A stretch of DNA of 61,710 bases, the filler included, from Choristocarpus tenellus KU-1152 (Eukaryota; Protista; Phaeophyceae): NCBI GenBank assembly GCA_964200185.2. It is 13 parts of 13 records of this genome, joined end to end, with 100 filler letters (N's around TTAATTAATTAA, not from the genome) between each part and the next. Parts side by side here need not be neighbours in the genome. Positions count along the whole stretch, not along the records: positions 8,714 to 13,495 come from CAXNAD020013080.1; positions 13,596 to 17,604 come from CAXNAD020016690.1; positions 17,705 to 26,260 come from CAXNAD020004589.1; 10 more parts are not named here. The stretch is one strand, 5' to 3'. The notes under the pieces were generated by a model. It was not told where the DNA came from and made no database searches. It saw only the letters and a list, made by a program, of their open reading frames with translations. Positions 12,469-26,360 of this stretch are shown in pieces (position 1 is the stretch's first letter; each line of letters begins with the position of its first letter). Made by a program: the position numbers and the translations under genes.

Positions 12469-13303
12469 CCCTTGCTTGGGTACAAAACACTTTTCGGCTC
12501 ATCTTTCGAGCACTCTCTTCATGACAAGACACACAGCACGTTTTTCTGATGATGCTAACAACCTCGAACAACACACGAGTGACTCAAACGCTTCAATGAA
12601 CACACATCTCTACTACAGCAAGCAAGGTTCCATGCCTCCCCCCCAGCTTAGGCCTCTGCTGCCGCTGCAGTTTGTCCCCTCGGGTTGTACATTTGAAGTG
12701 AGAACACGGTATTTCTACGGACGTTATCTAACAAGTCACGATACAGCTCACGCCCCTGCAGAAGAGGGCAGGTTAGGCAGGGGCCAAAAAAAGTTAAAAA
12801 AAACGAACATAAATTATATCTGTTGAATGCATGCCTACCTTGTGTACTATGCACGTGTCATATCAGTGTGTACAGCAAACTTCAACTTCAACTTCAAAAA
12901 TTAAAAAAAACGTTGTTGTCAGTCAGTGACACTACTACAGGATGAACAAAAAGAAACACTAAAAAAAAAAGAAAAGTGCTTCAAATAAACAATGGAGAAG
13001 AGGTCACAAGGGAGCTGATGTAGATTCAAGAGTAGAACCCTGATGGTGTAGTGCGTACATATTCCTTCCTACGGTATGATTGATACCCATGCCCTGTACA
13101 GGTCGACTGCTGTAGGCCTCGTATCCCTATTCTACGGAATTTTAAAGAGTAAAAAATCTGAGATTTGATAGGAATGATAACAATAATTGCAGTCAACTCT
13201 TAACAATATATACCTGAAACACCCTTTGCCCCTACAACGCATAAAATCACGCAAGAAAGGTCTTACTTGAACACCAGCAACTCTTGAGGCAGGCAAGCTT
13301 CAC

Positions 13304-13471
13304 CTGCAGATCGAATTCTTCTAAGGGATTCCTCCCTCGGTAGACCTCCATGGACACGCTCTCCTTGAGAAGGTTCATGTTCTCCAGATGCTCGACCCAC
13401 AGGTTGTCCAGTTGGGTCAGGGTCAAAAAACGTACCGACTCTGAACCAAGACCCCCACGCACCTCCTCTAT
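13304..13471 (-). CDS. secA: Exon of a nuclear-encoded preprotein translocase SecA (wing/scaffold region)
   Basis: CAG|...|GTGAAG-bounded 168-nt exon: IEEVRGGLGSESVRFLTLTQLDNLWVEHLENMNLLKESVSMEVYRGRNPLEEFDLQ. Matches the SecA pattern LDxLWxEHLxxMxxL...YxxxxPxxE(Y/F). Confidence 0.8.
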
Positions 13472-13984
13472 CTGTCCTAACTGGGTTAGGGTTAGNNNNN
13501 NNNNNNNNNNNNNNNNNNNNNNNNNNNNNNNNNNNNNNNTTAATTAATTAANNNNNNNNNNNNNNNNNNNNNNNNNNNNNNNNNNNNNNNNNNNNCCCCC
13601 CTTGGTTCAATTAGCCCCAATCAAAAGAGAAGCAACGCATATATTCCAGAGTCTAAAGCTGGTAATAGTTCTAATAACATCATTGGTCCTTGTTTTTTTA
13701 TTCAGAGAGTCAGAAAATAGGGATTGTTTCCATAACCATTTTTTTTACAATTTCAATGCAACCAGTAGTTCTCTCACTTTCAGCCTGTAGCTTTGGGATA
13801 GATTCAGCACAGTGGAGGCTGCTTGAGTGGAAGGTGTCCACCTATGGAATACTCCTCTATGGTACCTTTTTTTTCTTATGCACTGATGTCAACCCTAACC
13901 CTTATATGTTGTATTTCCATCGATGACTGTTGCTGACACTTTGATGTTGTCTTTTTTTTTTACATATGTGTTACTACACCTAAG

Positions 13985-15776
13985 ACTACACAAATGGAGC
14001 GCGCGCCCCTGGGTGATCACTTCACAATTCTGTGTCGAGTTGTGTTGGCACGTGTACCGCCTGATCAAGGAATGCATGGCATCAAGAAGAGCATGTGTCG
14101 GGTCACTGTAGGACTGGACGTAATCTTCCACAAGGTGAGGATAAAGGAGGAAACATGTATGTAGGGGAGATCTCAAGTTATTGTATAGTTTGTTACCAAG
14201 GAAAGAGGGATTGTAAGTGTGAAGCAAACACACCTCTTGTAACCAACAAAACAACTAGTTGACACTGGGGAACCATGGCTCGGCACTCCAGCAAACACCA
14301 ACCCCAGGGCACCAAGGTGCTTGTGCCAGTCATGGTAGAAACGGAGAGGTATAGGAAGATCGCGATTGAGGATGTCATCCCGAAAATCAAGGCCCAACTG
14401 CCTAGGTCAGAAGGATACACCATCTTCATGCAGCAGGATGGGGCAAAGCCACACACCAGGGGGGGGGGCAGGGTCATGGAGGCAAACAAGGAGGCAGGGG
14501 GGGGCGAGATTGTCATGTAGACCCAGCCAGCCAACTCACCTGATCTCAATGTCAATGATCTGGGATTCTTTCATTCCATCCAGTAACTGAAGGAAGACAT
14601 GGTGTTGGAGTTCATAGTGGAGGTCATAATGGAGGCGTTCAATGTTTACCTCCGGTGAGACACTAGAGTGCGTCTGGCAGAGCCTCTTCGCATTGTATGG
14701 TGAAGTGCTGGGGTCCAAGGGGTAACAATGTCTTCAAAATTCCCTATCTTAGCAAGGAAACGGTTGAGAAAGCGGGCAAGCTCCCCCCAAATGCCATAAT
14801 AGATGTGAAATACAGTGGTGGATTTAGGTTTTGGGGGGCATTGGGGGTGGAATCATAGAGAGGTGTAGATTGGCCTATTTCGCTTTAGATTTTGGTGGGC
14901 AACCCTTTAGTGTCTGCCCAATACACCCATAAAGAATGAACATGTGAAAAAGGAAATCTTGCTTCTTCATCGAGGCTGCAAAAGGTATGTTACATTTAAT
15001 TCCAAACGGAGGAAGTACATATCGCACTCTAAAGTACCAAGTACCTAATGATGATTGTGCTGTACTCGGAGACAGATAATGAAGAGATGAAACTGTGTAA
15101 AAGGCATTAGTATATACACCTCGCCTCTCCACCCAACATTCAATGCTATGCCTAAATGATGTCTGTCTGTGTTCCTGTTCATATGTATCAGAACACCTTC
15201 TTGCGTGGTGCAATTCGGTCTGGTGCAGTTGAAGAGAGTAAGGCCTCATGGCAGGCGTGGTTGAGAGCGTCTCAAACTTGTGTTGCCTACCAGCGCCGAC
15301 GACTGGGTTGCACAGCTGCTGACAATGGTCAGGGGGTACGCCCACCCCCTGGCATATTTGATTTGGCGAGAGCTGAGACAGAGGGAGCAAAGAGGGATGC
15401 CGCTTCCAACGTTGAGCATGTTGCCTTGGAGGAGGAAGGTGTAGGACCTATTGGTGTCAAGGTCAAAGTCAGAGGGGTGTCGATCCCACCACGAGTAAGA
15501 GGTGGACCCAAACCAGAGTACAATGAGCAGCAAGCCTTGGGAAGAAGCAGCGATACAGCTCATGACTTAGGGGACGTTTTGATGGGATTGGCAGCGACTT
15601 TGTGGGGTTTTGTTGTTGATTTTTTTTCTTTGCCAAATGGTTCTTTATTTTTGTTTTTTTGTGTTACTGTTTGCTTGATTGTGGTGGCCATGCAGCAGCA
15701 GCAGATAAGACGTCTGGAGGAGAGGGTGGATGGGCTGGTGGCAGCTATAGAAGTTGTGGCACATCAACATGGATAA
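13985..15776 (+). CDS. VASt (StART-like) domain membrane protein, GRAMD1/Lam/VAD1-like; last two exons
   Basis: Exons 13985-14134 (TTQMERAPLGDHFTILCRVVL...CRVTVGLDVIFHK) and 15192-15776 (NTFLRGAIRSGAVEESKASWQAWL...) join in phase 0. A C-terminal hydrophobic helix and coiled coil follow. Confidence 0.8.
14275..15015 (+). mobile_element. Mariner element 3' half in the intron of the VASt gene
   Basis: IFMQQDGAKPHT...TQPANSPDLNVNDLGFFHSIQ. The 3' UTR is colinear with 9731-9950. TIR ...TTAATTCCAAACGGAGGAAG followed by TA. Confidence 0.9.
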
Positions 15777-17427
15777 GCGCTGTGAGAGGTTGCACATCAT
15801 CCAGCCTGCTGTCCCCCCTCTGTGCCAAACACTTTGTCTAAAGAATGGCTTATTCTTGAATTGTGGCAAATCATTTTGTGACCAATAGGTGGGATCAAAG
15901 TTACGTAATTTTGGATATGTTGTGATCGATCAGTAGTTGTTGGTTGCTTATGTTCTTGTATGTTACGTTGTGGGACTTTTCCTATCCTCGCATACTTATC
16001 TCTGGGTATCATGTACCAAGAGATAGACCTCTAGAGTAGTACTACCTGATGTACATAATGAAACGTTGGTATTGATAGTAACAATCTCCACAATGTCATG
16101 AGGAAACCTTGAGGTCCTGCTGTAAACAACTTTTATATTGACACATCTTCTGTGGGGACCCTCCCTTTAGACTATACATTATTTTAGCCTTGCACCTACT
16201 CCGAAGCATCCACCCACCATTTATGATCCACAGGATTAGATCCTCCTCACCAGACAGCAGACAATTGCAACATTGACACAAGTTACGTCTAGAGTTATCT
16301 GTGCTATGTATGGAATATCTTCTTGTTACCCGCGAAAGTCCCAATTTGCAAGGTCAACTTGAGGGCATGGTGACATCTCCAAAAATTGACATGAACAACA
16401 AATTTCCCTGCCGATTGCTGAGTTGTCCAGTAATAAATTCCCCCTACCAAAGCACTCATCAAGCGTATTTGTAAGCATCTAAAAGAGCTTGTACATACTA
16501 AACTAGGAGAAAATTTGGGCATTGCTCTCCCCTTGTTTGTTCTGTACTAGAAAAAGGTGCAATAGTGTAATGGCGAAAAAACCTAACCCTAACAACAGGT
16601 GAGTGAACACATGCTTCCAGAGTTGTATTGTACCCATAATGCTGCACAAATATGTTCATGGCTTTTGTCGCTTTGTCCAAGGGGCATTCACACAGTATCC
16701 TTAGTATTGCTAAATCAACTGCACTGAACACTCCCCACACCTGAGGTCCTGGTGTCATGTGGACTCATTTCGGCCCTTGGCAGAAACTAGTACGACCCCT
16801 TCTGGATATCCAGACAAGAGTGATGGAGCAAAATCATTGGTCAAATACATTGTGTTCAAGTATAGCCTGTCTCATGTAGGAATAGGAGTGATGAACACTA
16901 GGGTGTTACGTGATGCTGTAGGAGAGTGATTAGTTGACTTTTAGGTGGGGCAAATGAGCATCCCATGAAAGAAATATTCATCTTTGCATGAGAAAGGTTT
17001 GGCTTACCAATGAATGACTTTGTTCTCTGACTCCACATTCACTTCACTAGACTTGTCCGATAGCTTGGAAGACTCTAATCGAACATGTGTTGACACCGCC
17101 CAGCATTGGTGTTGAGGGTGGAAGTCTTGCAAGTCCACAGACAGGGTGGCTGCTCCAATGTACCGGGCAGCACTATGGATGGAAGGATCCTGAGTACAAG
17201 GATACTGTTGAACAAGGGAATTGGTGACCCCTTCCTGATTACAATGGATTACAGGTTAGACACCTCTGTAATGCACCAGACCCTGGCTTCCATTATTTTT
17301 GTATGACAAGACAAAAACCCTTACGAGACCCTAGTGGATATCCTACCCAAGCCCTTCTCAACGATATATCCAATCACAATGTCCGACACTACTAACCTTG
17401 AGATAGTCGTAATCGAGTCTGATTCTT

Positions 17428-17604
17428 GGGTCAAAGTATCTGGGGGGAGGGGGGTGTCGGCGTCCGTTTTTCACCCTTTTTTTGGTTTTCACTTTTTTTG
17501 GGTGATTTGGTCGCACGTGTCGGATTTGAAATATCCGCAAAAAAAAGAGTTGTTTGACCGAAACGGACACCCCCTCACAATCCCCGCCCTCACCCCTCCC
17601 CCCC
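17428..17604 (+). mobile_element. MITE family C, right end lost in the gap
   Basis: GGGTCAAAGTATCTGGGGGG...GTCGGCGTCCGTTTTTCACCC. Homologous to the pieces at 46138, 54952 and 58763. Confidence 0.8.
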
Positions 17605-17704
17605 NNNNNNNNNNNNNNNNNNNNNNNNNNNNNNNNNNNNNNNNNNNNTTAATTAATTAANNNNNNNNNNNNNNNNNNNNNNNNNNNNNNNNNNNNNNNN
17701 NNNN

Positions 17705-18082
17705 AAAAGTGCATTTACACTATGAGTGAAAATATCTTAGAGGGTACGAGTTTTGCCCTGTTTGTCCATTTGGGGCTTGGATTCCCATAGGGTTTTTTAT
17801 GATATTTTCCTACTCCAGAATGTTTAGGAGTAGATAAATGTACACTTCATGAAAAGGTGTATCCGGAACATCGATATTGACACTTCCTAACAAACACAAT
17901 TAGCCAAAATTTCAATAAATGGTAAGATTGGATTTTGGCACGCAAATGGACGCGGCTCTACCCTCTAAGATACTTTGGCTCTTATCCATTCAACGTATGC
18001 AACCAAATCACCCAAAAATTGCGACATGAAAAAATTGACCCCAAATGCACAGCAGCCACCCCCCTCCCAGATACTTTGAGCC
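17705..18082 (+). mobile_element. MITE family B interrupted by a complete family A copy (17724-17981)
   Basis: The flanks align to 18468-18649 once the A insert and one CTAT/TTAT TSD are removed. Ends CCCAGATACTTTGAGCC. Confidence 0.9.
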
Positions 18083-18467
18083 TTCCATGGATGAGGTCCT
18101 AAGTTTGACTTGAGAGCATTGGTTTCTCCACTGCTTTAGACCTTTTGACAATTTCAGAAAATATCCTACACGCATTTGAAAAAGTATCGAATTTTGCACA
18201 TATTTGTCAGCATCCTTCAAATGAAAATCTGGGTACCTCCCGTTTACTTTGACTCAAAATCGTCACCAACACCAAGGAACGATGACTTGTTCAGAAGTAG
18301 GAGAACTGTGCGAGCTGGTAAGGTGGAGACAAACAAACAATGAAGAAAGAGAAGGAATAAGCTTCAGCTATGCGTTGGTCCCTCTACCCAATACTTACAA
18401 CCTACCATGTATCAATCACTACCTGGTCACAACCATCTATTCACAATTTCAACTTACCCAATCAAAA

Positions 18468-18649
18468 GGCTCAAAGTGTTTGGGGGGGGGGGGGGAGTCG
18501 ACACCAGGGTGTCTATTTGGGACAAAACCAGGAAACGTGCATTTTCATTATCCATCCAACGTATGGAACCAAATCACCAAAAAATCGCGACATAGAAATA
18601 ATTGACCCCAAATGGACAGCCACCATCCCTCCCCCAGATACTTTGGGTC
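18468..18649 (+). mobile_element. MITE family B, complete (about 182 bp)
   Basis: GGCTCAAAGTGTTTGGGGG...CCCCCAGATACTTTGGGTC, with flanks AAAA and AAAC. Confidence 0.9.
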
Positions 18650-19555
18650 AAACACCTTAAAATTTACACATGATCAACCTACCTGTGACCTCTTCATTCA
18701 TACACAAACCACAAATAACACGAAGAGTCATGTTTGTAATAGAACCCTATCGACAAGAGACGCCAGATAAAATCGTCCTTCAAACAAGAGTGGAATTCCA
18801 GCCTTAAAAAAATTCCTATATGTAAATTATGACGTAGGCAATGCACTTAGAAGTAGATAAGTGGTTGGTGCAGCATAAGCAAGAACATACTACATACTGT
18901 ATGACACATATAATCTATTGTAGAATCTTTAAAACATCAAGAATATATTATCATATGCCAGATGACATTTTGCAGGGATTGTCATGTACAAAAAAAAATA
19001 TGAAGGGGAAAAGGCAACAGTACATAATACGACAGAGACTGGAGAAGAGGAAGCAGTAGTAGCTGTGGTGACTTGGATTTATAACACAGACCATCTTTCA
19101 TCTCACCGCTTCACTCTCATCAGCAAAGGAAAGGACCAACCTCCGGATCCCACCAACTCCTCCTTCAGCTACTCTAGTCAATCAATACCAACTATTAAGT
19201 CTTACCATTGAATTCTGAAAAAAAAAAATCGAACAGACCGATTGATATTGCTCACGATGACCTGGACTTGTTAAAAGCTTCCTTGATAACAAAAAAGTCA
19301 ATGACCAATTTGCTGGTGGTCCTCTTTCCCTCAAATAAGTTGTACTACTGATGAAAAGCAACAAGCATGCACAACAGGCCACTATATGTGCTCCGCCTCA
19401 ATCATGAACAACAACGCTTCCCCCTTTCTCCCCTGTTTGCTCCCCAAATGTTGTGTTGGTGTCTTCCAACGCAAAAACCCCGAAAAACTCATTGGAGGTA
19501 ACATCTATTTGAACGATAATTCCCTCAACAATAACAATATCACCTCACCAGGGCG

Positions 19556-19560
<5 letters not shown>

Positions 19561-19591
<31 letters not shown>
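19561..19591. repeat. (CA)15 microsatellite
   Basis: Read directly from the sequence. Confidence 0.95.
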
Positions 19592-19593
<2 letters not shown>

Positions 19594-21745
19594 AACACGT
19601 CATCATATACCATCATGCTTGCAAGAAGAGAAACAACCCTATTCTTCATAGTTCAATGTATCTCCTGCATGTGGATATCATCACCGAGGAACACCTCCCC
19701 TTCCCATCCCGAAAGAAGAAAAAAAGCAAACAACTACAGCCAAAACTAAGTCAGTCAAGGGCACCGACTGGACTGATCGTATAACGAAAAGCTAGCTAGG
19801 CAAGTTCAATAGGCACACACCTAGACCAAGCGGTCCATGACACACGTTTTGACAACAAGGAGGAAATTTGTGGAGGTTAAAAACACGCAAGACATAAAAA
19901 GTAGATCAGAGAGGGGTGCCCAGCTCAACAACAAGCACACATCTCAAACAGGCAACGGGGGTGGGAGCAACTCAAGAAGCTCAGCAACAGCCCTGTAACA
20001 CTGAACAATATCAGAATAAATGCCACCCTGCAGTGAACTCAGCAAGGTACTAACAATACAGAAGTAAAGCTACTCGCTGCAAGTAGCTGATGTCTCCCCC
20101 CCCCGGCATGTAATAAAAGAAAAAGTAAAAGCACTATGCACAGCTGCTACTTGATTTTCAAACTAGAATCAGAACGCCCATCAGAGGGGATGGAAAACCT
20201 CTCTTTTACTCTCTCTCTCTCTCGCTTGCTCAATTGTCATTCGAAATAGTGAAGCAAAAACGACAAAACACGAAAGTCGAAGTAAACGAATATCCCCTCC
20301 CATCACAACAGCAACAACAAAAGCATATATAAATAACAAGAGTTAGTGATAGTCTAGTGACAACAAACACTGAGTCATCATATATGTCATAGACAGCTCT
20401 CCATATCCTGCCCTCAGCTCTCCAACAACACCACCCCTTAAAATGCCCGCAATTTTGAACTACTGCTAAAAAACCCAACAAATAACTCCCAGTTAGGCAC
20501 ACAAGGTCACCATAAACTGAATTGGTATCATTATTGCCACCAAACCAACTAGCTACAGCACACAGACATAAGCATGGAATGAAAGCCAAACCAGGAGCAC
20601 TAGTAGGATGACATAAGCAAGAGGACAGCTCTCGCTCAAACAACTAAACCAACACAAGCTTCAAGACTTGCATACATGGATACACGACCCAAAAGGGTGG
20701 GGGTAGAGGATAGGCACTCAGTCCCTGAGCATGTTCTTTAATGCAACGTAGGGGCAGAGTTGGGGTTACACACTTGAAGCTAAATCTCAACACGAGGAGG
20801 AACCCAAAATCCATTAGTGCAGTAGCAAGCGGTGCCGCCCAATCACATGGGACCTCACAAGGCACATCAGATTGACACATAGCACTATGTCGCACCGCCA
20901 ACACAAATTAAAATAAAATGTGCTCAATTTACCACACACATAGACACCGACACCAACACCAACACCAACACTAACAAATGCACACATAGTCAAGAACCTC
21001 TTGCTGAACTGTCAACACCAAACACAGACCTAGCTATATAAAATATATATATGTACCACCTTTTATTGTCAACAGGATCATCAACTCAAGTGAGATGTCC
21101 AATACAAACCAACTATAGGGTTCAGATTGTAAATCAAATCCTACGCCCCCAAATCCTATTTATTGCCGTTCTACTAATGCTTAGAAGCAATGAAGCACAT
21201 TAACCAACAACAACACGCAGCATACACTGTTATCACAAAGAGGAATATAGATGCATGCCTAGAAGATATCCATCCATCTGCAGTCCACTACACATAACAT
21301 CATAATTCCATGGTCCCGATTTGATTATTGAACCAAACAGGGAAACACAATAGTCAAGCCTTTCAAAATATTCAATAGTCTACCCACCAAGGGTCAGGTG
21401 GGTTAGGCTTGCAGTGAGGGAGAACACGCACGCATTTGCATCCTCCCGAATTCCCTTTCCCTTATTTCCCATTTTGCAAAGCAAAGGATACCACCCCTGG
21501 ATATGGTGGATGGCTCAAGCAAGTAGAAATCATCTTGCCAATGTACGGGCTGCTACCACAAGAAGAAAAAATAGAAAGACTCTGGCACCTACATTAAGGA
21601 GGTGCAAGCAGATAAGCCCAGTTGGTCACTACTCTAAGCAAATGAATTGCGTGCAAAGTATGCCAAAACATGCAACAAGGTCGGTGGGTTGTTCCTCCCT
21701 CCCCTCCCCCAATTACCCAGGATATTGATATCTTGAGGGCAGGGA

Positions 21746-23820
21746 TCACGGGAAAAAGTATCGGCTGACTCTTGGCCTTTTCGGCAGTCGGTCATCATCT
21801 GTACTCTCGGCTCTATTGTGATCCTCTCCTCCTCGTTCTTGTTCCACTCCCCCATCCTCCTGTTCACACACCCTCCCTGTGTCATAATCATCATCACCCT
21901 CCCTCCCCCGGTCACCACCTGCGGCTCCAGCCTCGCACCACTGTCCTTCCCCCTCGTCAACAAGAGCACTTTTGTCCAAGATTGATGATTTCACCTCCTC
22001 TTCCTTCTCATTTTTTTCCTGTTGTCCTTGTTTCTGTTCCTGATCTCGTTTCAGCTCCTCCCCTTCCCCACGTGCCATTCGGCACAGAAGGTGCCTGGGG
22101 AGGCAGAGTCGCGGCTGTAGATTGACAAATGTGTTGATATCGCTCTCAATGATATCATTTGCAAAGCTGAAAACATCGTCATCATCGTGCATTGCCACTG
22201 CAGCGACGGCTGCCCAATCATTGGGGTCCACATCCGTGGTAGTACGACGCCTACAAGAGGTGTTGAAACCAGGCCCACAACATCCACTGCCAACAGCATC
22301 ATCTCCTCCATACGAAATGACCTGTACTGGCTCTTTCGCCTGTGATGGGGTAGTGGGAGATGTCGACCACCCTGAAGATGCCACCATGACACCTGACTCC
22401 CCTTTGCCAACAGTGCGTCGCCCAGCCTCCAGGTCCTATGAAAGTGTATCATCATGTGAGGGGGGGAAAAGTAGAGACGAGGTATTTCAGTGAAATATTA
22501 GGATAGAGTGGTTAGTGAGTGGTTCAGCAAATTCTACAAAACAAAAATACTTTATCACACAAATACACACACGTGAAGACATCAAAACAACAACACTCCA
22601 TCCACTGCATCAATAAATAGCAAACACGTGAGGCCATTTTTTGTTTCTTCTCACGATCAATAGTAGAACACACACACAGCATTTCTGTCAACAAGTAGTT
22701 CATTCACACACAAAATAAAAAACAAAATAATAAACCAGGTACTTCATGTGCACAGTATATATGTTAACCCAAGAAACAAAAATTAAGAGAGTAGGAATGG
22801 AAAGGGTCTTCAGTGAAAAAGAATACTATTAAAAAAAATGTTCCACCCTCATCCAACCTCAGTATACCCACACACACACGCACCTCAAGGTCTGAGTTAC
22901 TGGCGATCAAGGCGATCCCTATGGGTGATTCCGACGTCGGTTCCGACTCCGACACCTCAACATTCACATCAACTACCTGACTCCTATCCCTACAAGACAC
23001 CACCAACTCTGATCTTCTATCCATCTTCCTCTGCCCAAAGCGAGTAGATTCCGAGTCAGTCCTCGAGGTGATGCTCGACTCAAAGGAAGACGACAGCGAA
23101 CTTAACGACAGGAGTGTCGATCGCTGCGCTGACGTAGATGTAGACGTAGACACTTCTGACTCCTTTGCCTCCACCAGCACCGTCGCTTCGTCATCTGTCC
23201 TCTGCATCACCATCAACTCTGAATCCAACTGGACTCGCTGGTGCAGCAGGTGCATAACTCTATCCAAAGTCGAGGCTTCTAAAGTCGCTCCTACATCCAA
23301 GCCCGCAGCTCTTAGGGGGAGCCGTCCGGTCTCCTTCTCCTCAGCAACAGAACCCGACAAACCCGATGATAATGACACGCCTGCCAAGGATGAATCGTCG
23401 GAGGAAGATCTCGAAATAGATGATTGTCTTGACGAGGAACAGTGCGAACCCCCTGACGAAGACGATCTTTCCGGGGGCGAAAGAGAAGAAGACAGCGACG
23501 ACCGCGACGACGGCGACGACGACCTCTTCGATTTTTCTGACGAAGAATACGAACACTGCATCATCGCCATCTCCATCTTCGCCGAAGGCATCTCGTCTGT
23601 CGGCCTCAACTCACAGCCTAGGTCCTGCTCTTGCTTCTCCGGGGCATGATAAAACGAACCTGTCTCCTGCGGGACATGTGGCTCCGACTTGACAGGCAGT
23701 GGTGTCCCATGCGACGATCCCGTCCAACCGAAGGAAACAGGGCTGTGCTGGACGAAACTGAGAATCGAAGAAAGATCTTGACTCCCAGTTTCAAATCCAC
23801 TTGTGCTGTCACCAGTTCCC
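21746..23820 (-). CDS. Hypothetical Ser-rich low-complexity protein; last two exons
   Basis: Open exons 23820-22884 (TAG|...GAG|GTGCGT) and 22435-21746 (TAG|GAC...RYFFP*) join in phase 0. No recognisable domain. Confidence 0.6.
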
Positions 23821-26173
23821 CTATCAACATAATATATATTTTGTGTCTTTGTTAGATTTACACATTATTGTATTTTTTTGTTTTGATGAGTGGAGTGGAA
23901 CAGTCAATGTGAAGTTGATAAATATTAGACGTGTCATGCGTTTTAACCTGGAGTCACCAGGGAGATGGACACGGAGGGGTCTGTTAGATTCTTACTCCCT
24001 AGGTCCTCCTTCAGGGTACAGATATAGGTAGATTGGAGATACAGAAAAGCAGTAGTACGACAGATAGTGGTGAAGTAACAAATAGATTAGTGTTTTTCAC
24101 ATTTATGACATTTTATTTCTTTAGCGCTTATATTGGCATGTTTATAGTTTCCATTGGTTTCCCCCCTGACAAATCTGTAAAATGTCATAGGGCATAATAA
24201 TATACTATACAATGAATCACATTCGAGGACAAGAGGGTAAGAAGAGCTAGTTGAATAAAATTAGATAGTATCGGTGTTATGATAGCGAAATGATTATCTT
24301 ATCTGTAACTATTTCGAAAACTTCAATCACACGCATATCATGTTTAGTTTACAAAAATTTATCGTTTGTAATCTTATCATTATTCCTATAGAAAATAGAA
24401 TGAGAAGTTATTCCTTAGGTATATTATTATGTCCTCTAACATTTTCTCGGTGTATCAAGGAAAAACCAATTCAATGTATGTATTATTTTACACCTCGCAC
24501 ATTTTGGAGGAATTTAGGGGGAAAATCGATGAAAATCGTAACGACCCTTGTAAAAGTAACAGTTTTGGTAAATATTTCATGTAGTCATCACCCACCATCG
24601 ACTAGACCTCTAAACTTCAACCCTAAACCCTATCTAAGGACCTACCGTATATTTTTCAAAGATTTAATTAGTAATGTTAGTTATTGGATTGATGTATTGA
24701 TCGTTTGTATACTATTGTGGAATAATAAGAGCTACAAAAGAAATGCGATTTTCTCTTTGTGAGGATCTTTCTAAGGGTTAGGGATTCTACTATATCAATG
24801 TTTTTATCACAGTAAAGAGGTAGGCAGGAAGAGGTGTGTTTGTAGCAAGGAATAAAAACTTACAAAAATAAAAGGAAGTGAGAAAAACAAACTGAAAAGC
24901 ATGCCCAAAAACAAAGATAAAGAAAATAGAACACGACAAGAGCGAACATTTTCGGAATCGACAGTAGTGAATCACAGGAAATACCATCAATGAACATCAT
25001 TCAAGGTACATGTGCCATAGTGGTGGGTTAGGGGTTCTCATTGATCTAAGGAAGAGGATTGGTCTTAATATCCTTCTTTGTTATGGACCAATGGGAGGAT
25101 TTCCAAATCCTTCTCCAACCTTTATCCGACCAAGTTTGGAGGGTGTAGGGCAGGGAATAAAAACAACATTAAGGCGAGGGAGGGGGAAGGGAGTAGATTG
25201 CTTCAAACATAAATCCTTGCAGCAGACCTGTACAGATAGTACTCGATCAGTTGCACTTTTAAAAATAATATTATCACGCAACATTTTATTTTTATTTTTA
25301 ATGGTTGAGAATCAAACGTTTCAACAAAAATTAATGCATACCATATGTTAAATCGGAAAATGTTAAAATATCAATGTACTCTACGATAATCGAAAGGCAA
25401 ACATAAGCTGGACCGCATATTCAACTTTAATCATTTGACAATAGGAAATTACCCCCTCAGTTTTCGTTTTCAAAAAATATCATAATTTAATTCAATAGTA
25501 ATGTAGCAAGAGACTCAATCGCTACAATTCACATCAATCAATAAAATATGTTTTTAAAAAAAGCTCTTTACGTCTTCGAAAAGTCTCCAAAGTTTCGTTC
25601 CAAGTCTTAGATCAACTCTGAAGAGGAACCAATCAACTTTGGAAGTGGGACTAGGACTCCCGAGTATTTCCTGCGTTTAAACTAAAGTCTTCAGAGCTCC
25701 CTCAGAGCTCCCTTTGAGGACACTTTTTGGACACTTACGAGCCAACTACCAACAATGTACTTCAAGAAAAAAAAATCAAATCAAAGAATCAATCAGGGCC
25801 TTGGAGGGGGTTGGGATGATTGAGTCAACGTAGTAGTGAAGTAAACCAGAGTGTTCTAAGAACACCTTCAGCATTTATATCATGCATCCAAATTCCAACT
25901 CAATTCATGAAATATCCCATGCAAAGTATATATTTTTTTAAGTAAACTAGAAAAATTATTAGTTTCTATTCTCCCACCTTGATGTGACTGAAGCTGTCAT
26001 TTCCTCCCCTGACAATAATCCCCGCCACTTTCCTTGCATAGGGAAAAGCTTTGCCTGACCAAAAACAATTGTGAAAAAAAAACGTGGCAGAAGGGGTTAG
26101 GGTGGTAGGGGGATCAACCAATCCTCAGTGCTTATGCTCCACTTCCTTACATCCACATATTTATGTCCTCTCA

Positions 26174-26260
26174 GAGTCAAAGTATCTTCGAGGGTAGAGC
26201 CACGTCCATTTCGGGGGTCAAAATCCAATGTTGCGATTTTGACGTAATTTTGGCTATCGT
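26174..26260 (+). mobile_element. MITE family A, left part at a contig end
   Basis: GAGTCAAAGTATCTTCGAGGGTAGAGCCACGTCC... Confidence 0.9.
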
Positions 26261-26360
26261 NNNNNNNNNNNNNNNNNNNNNNNNNNNNNNNNNNNNNNNN
26301 NNNNTTAATTAATTAANNNNNNNNNNNNNNNNNNNNNNNNNNNNNNNNNNNNNNNNNNNN

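Noticed and set aside
12347-12826. 159-aa ORF with KQAS repeats
   Set aside because: The repeat is simply the (CAAG)n microsatellite, and there is no other coding evidence.
16300-17300. SWIM/MULE-like fragment (VNFWRCHHALKL)
   Set aside because: Only a partial motif, with no recognisable transposase core.
23068-23649. 193-aa acidic ORF on the + strand
   Set aside because: It is the antisense shadow of the Ser-rich minus-strand exon, which has proper splice sites and a longer open frame.
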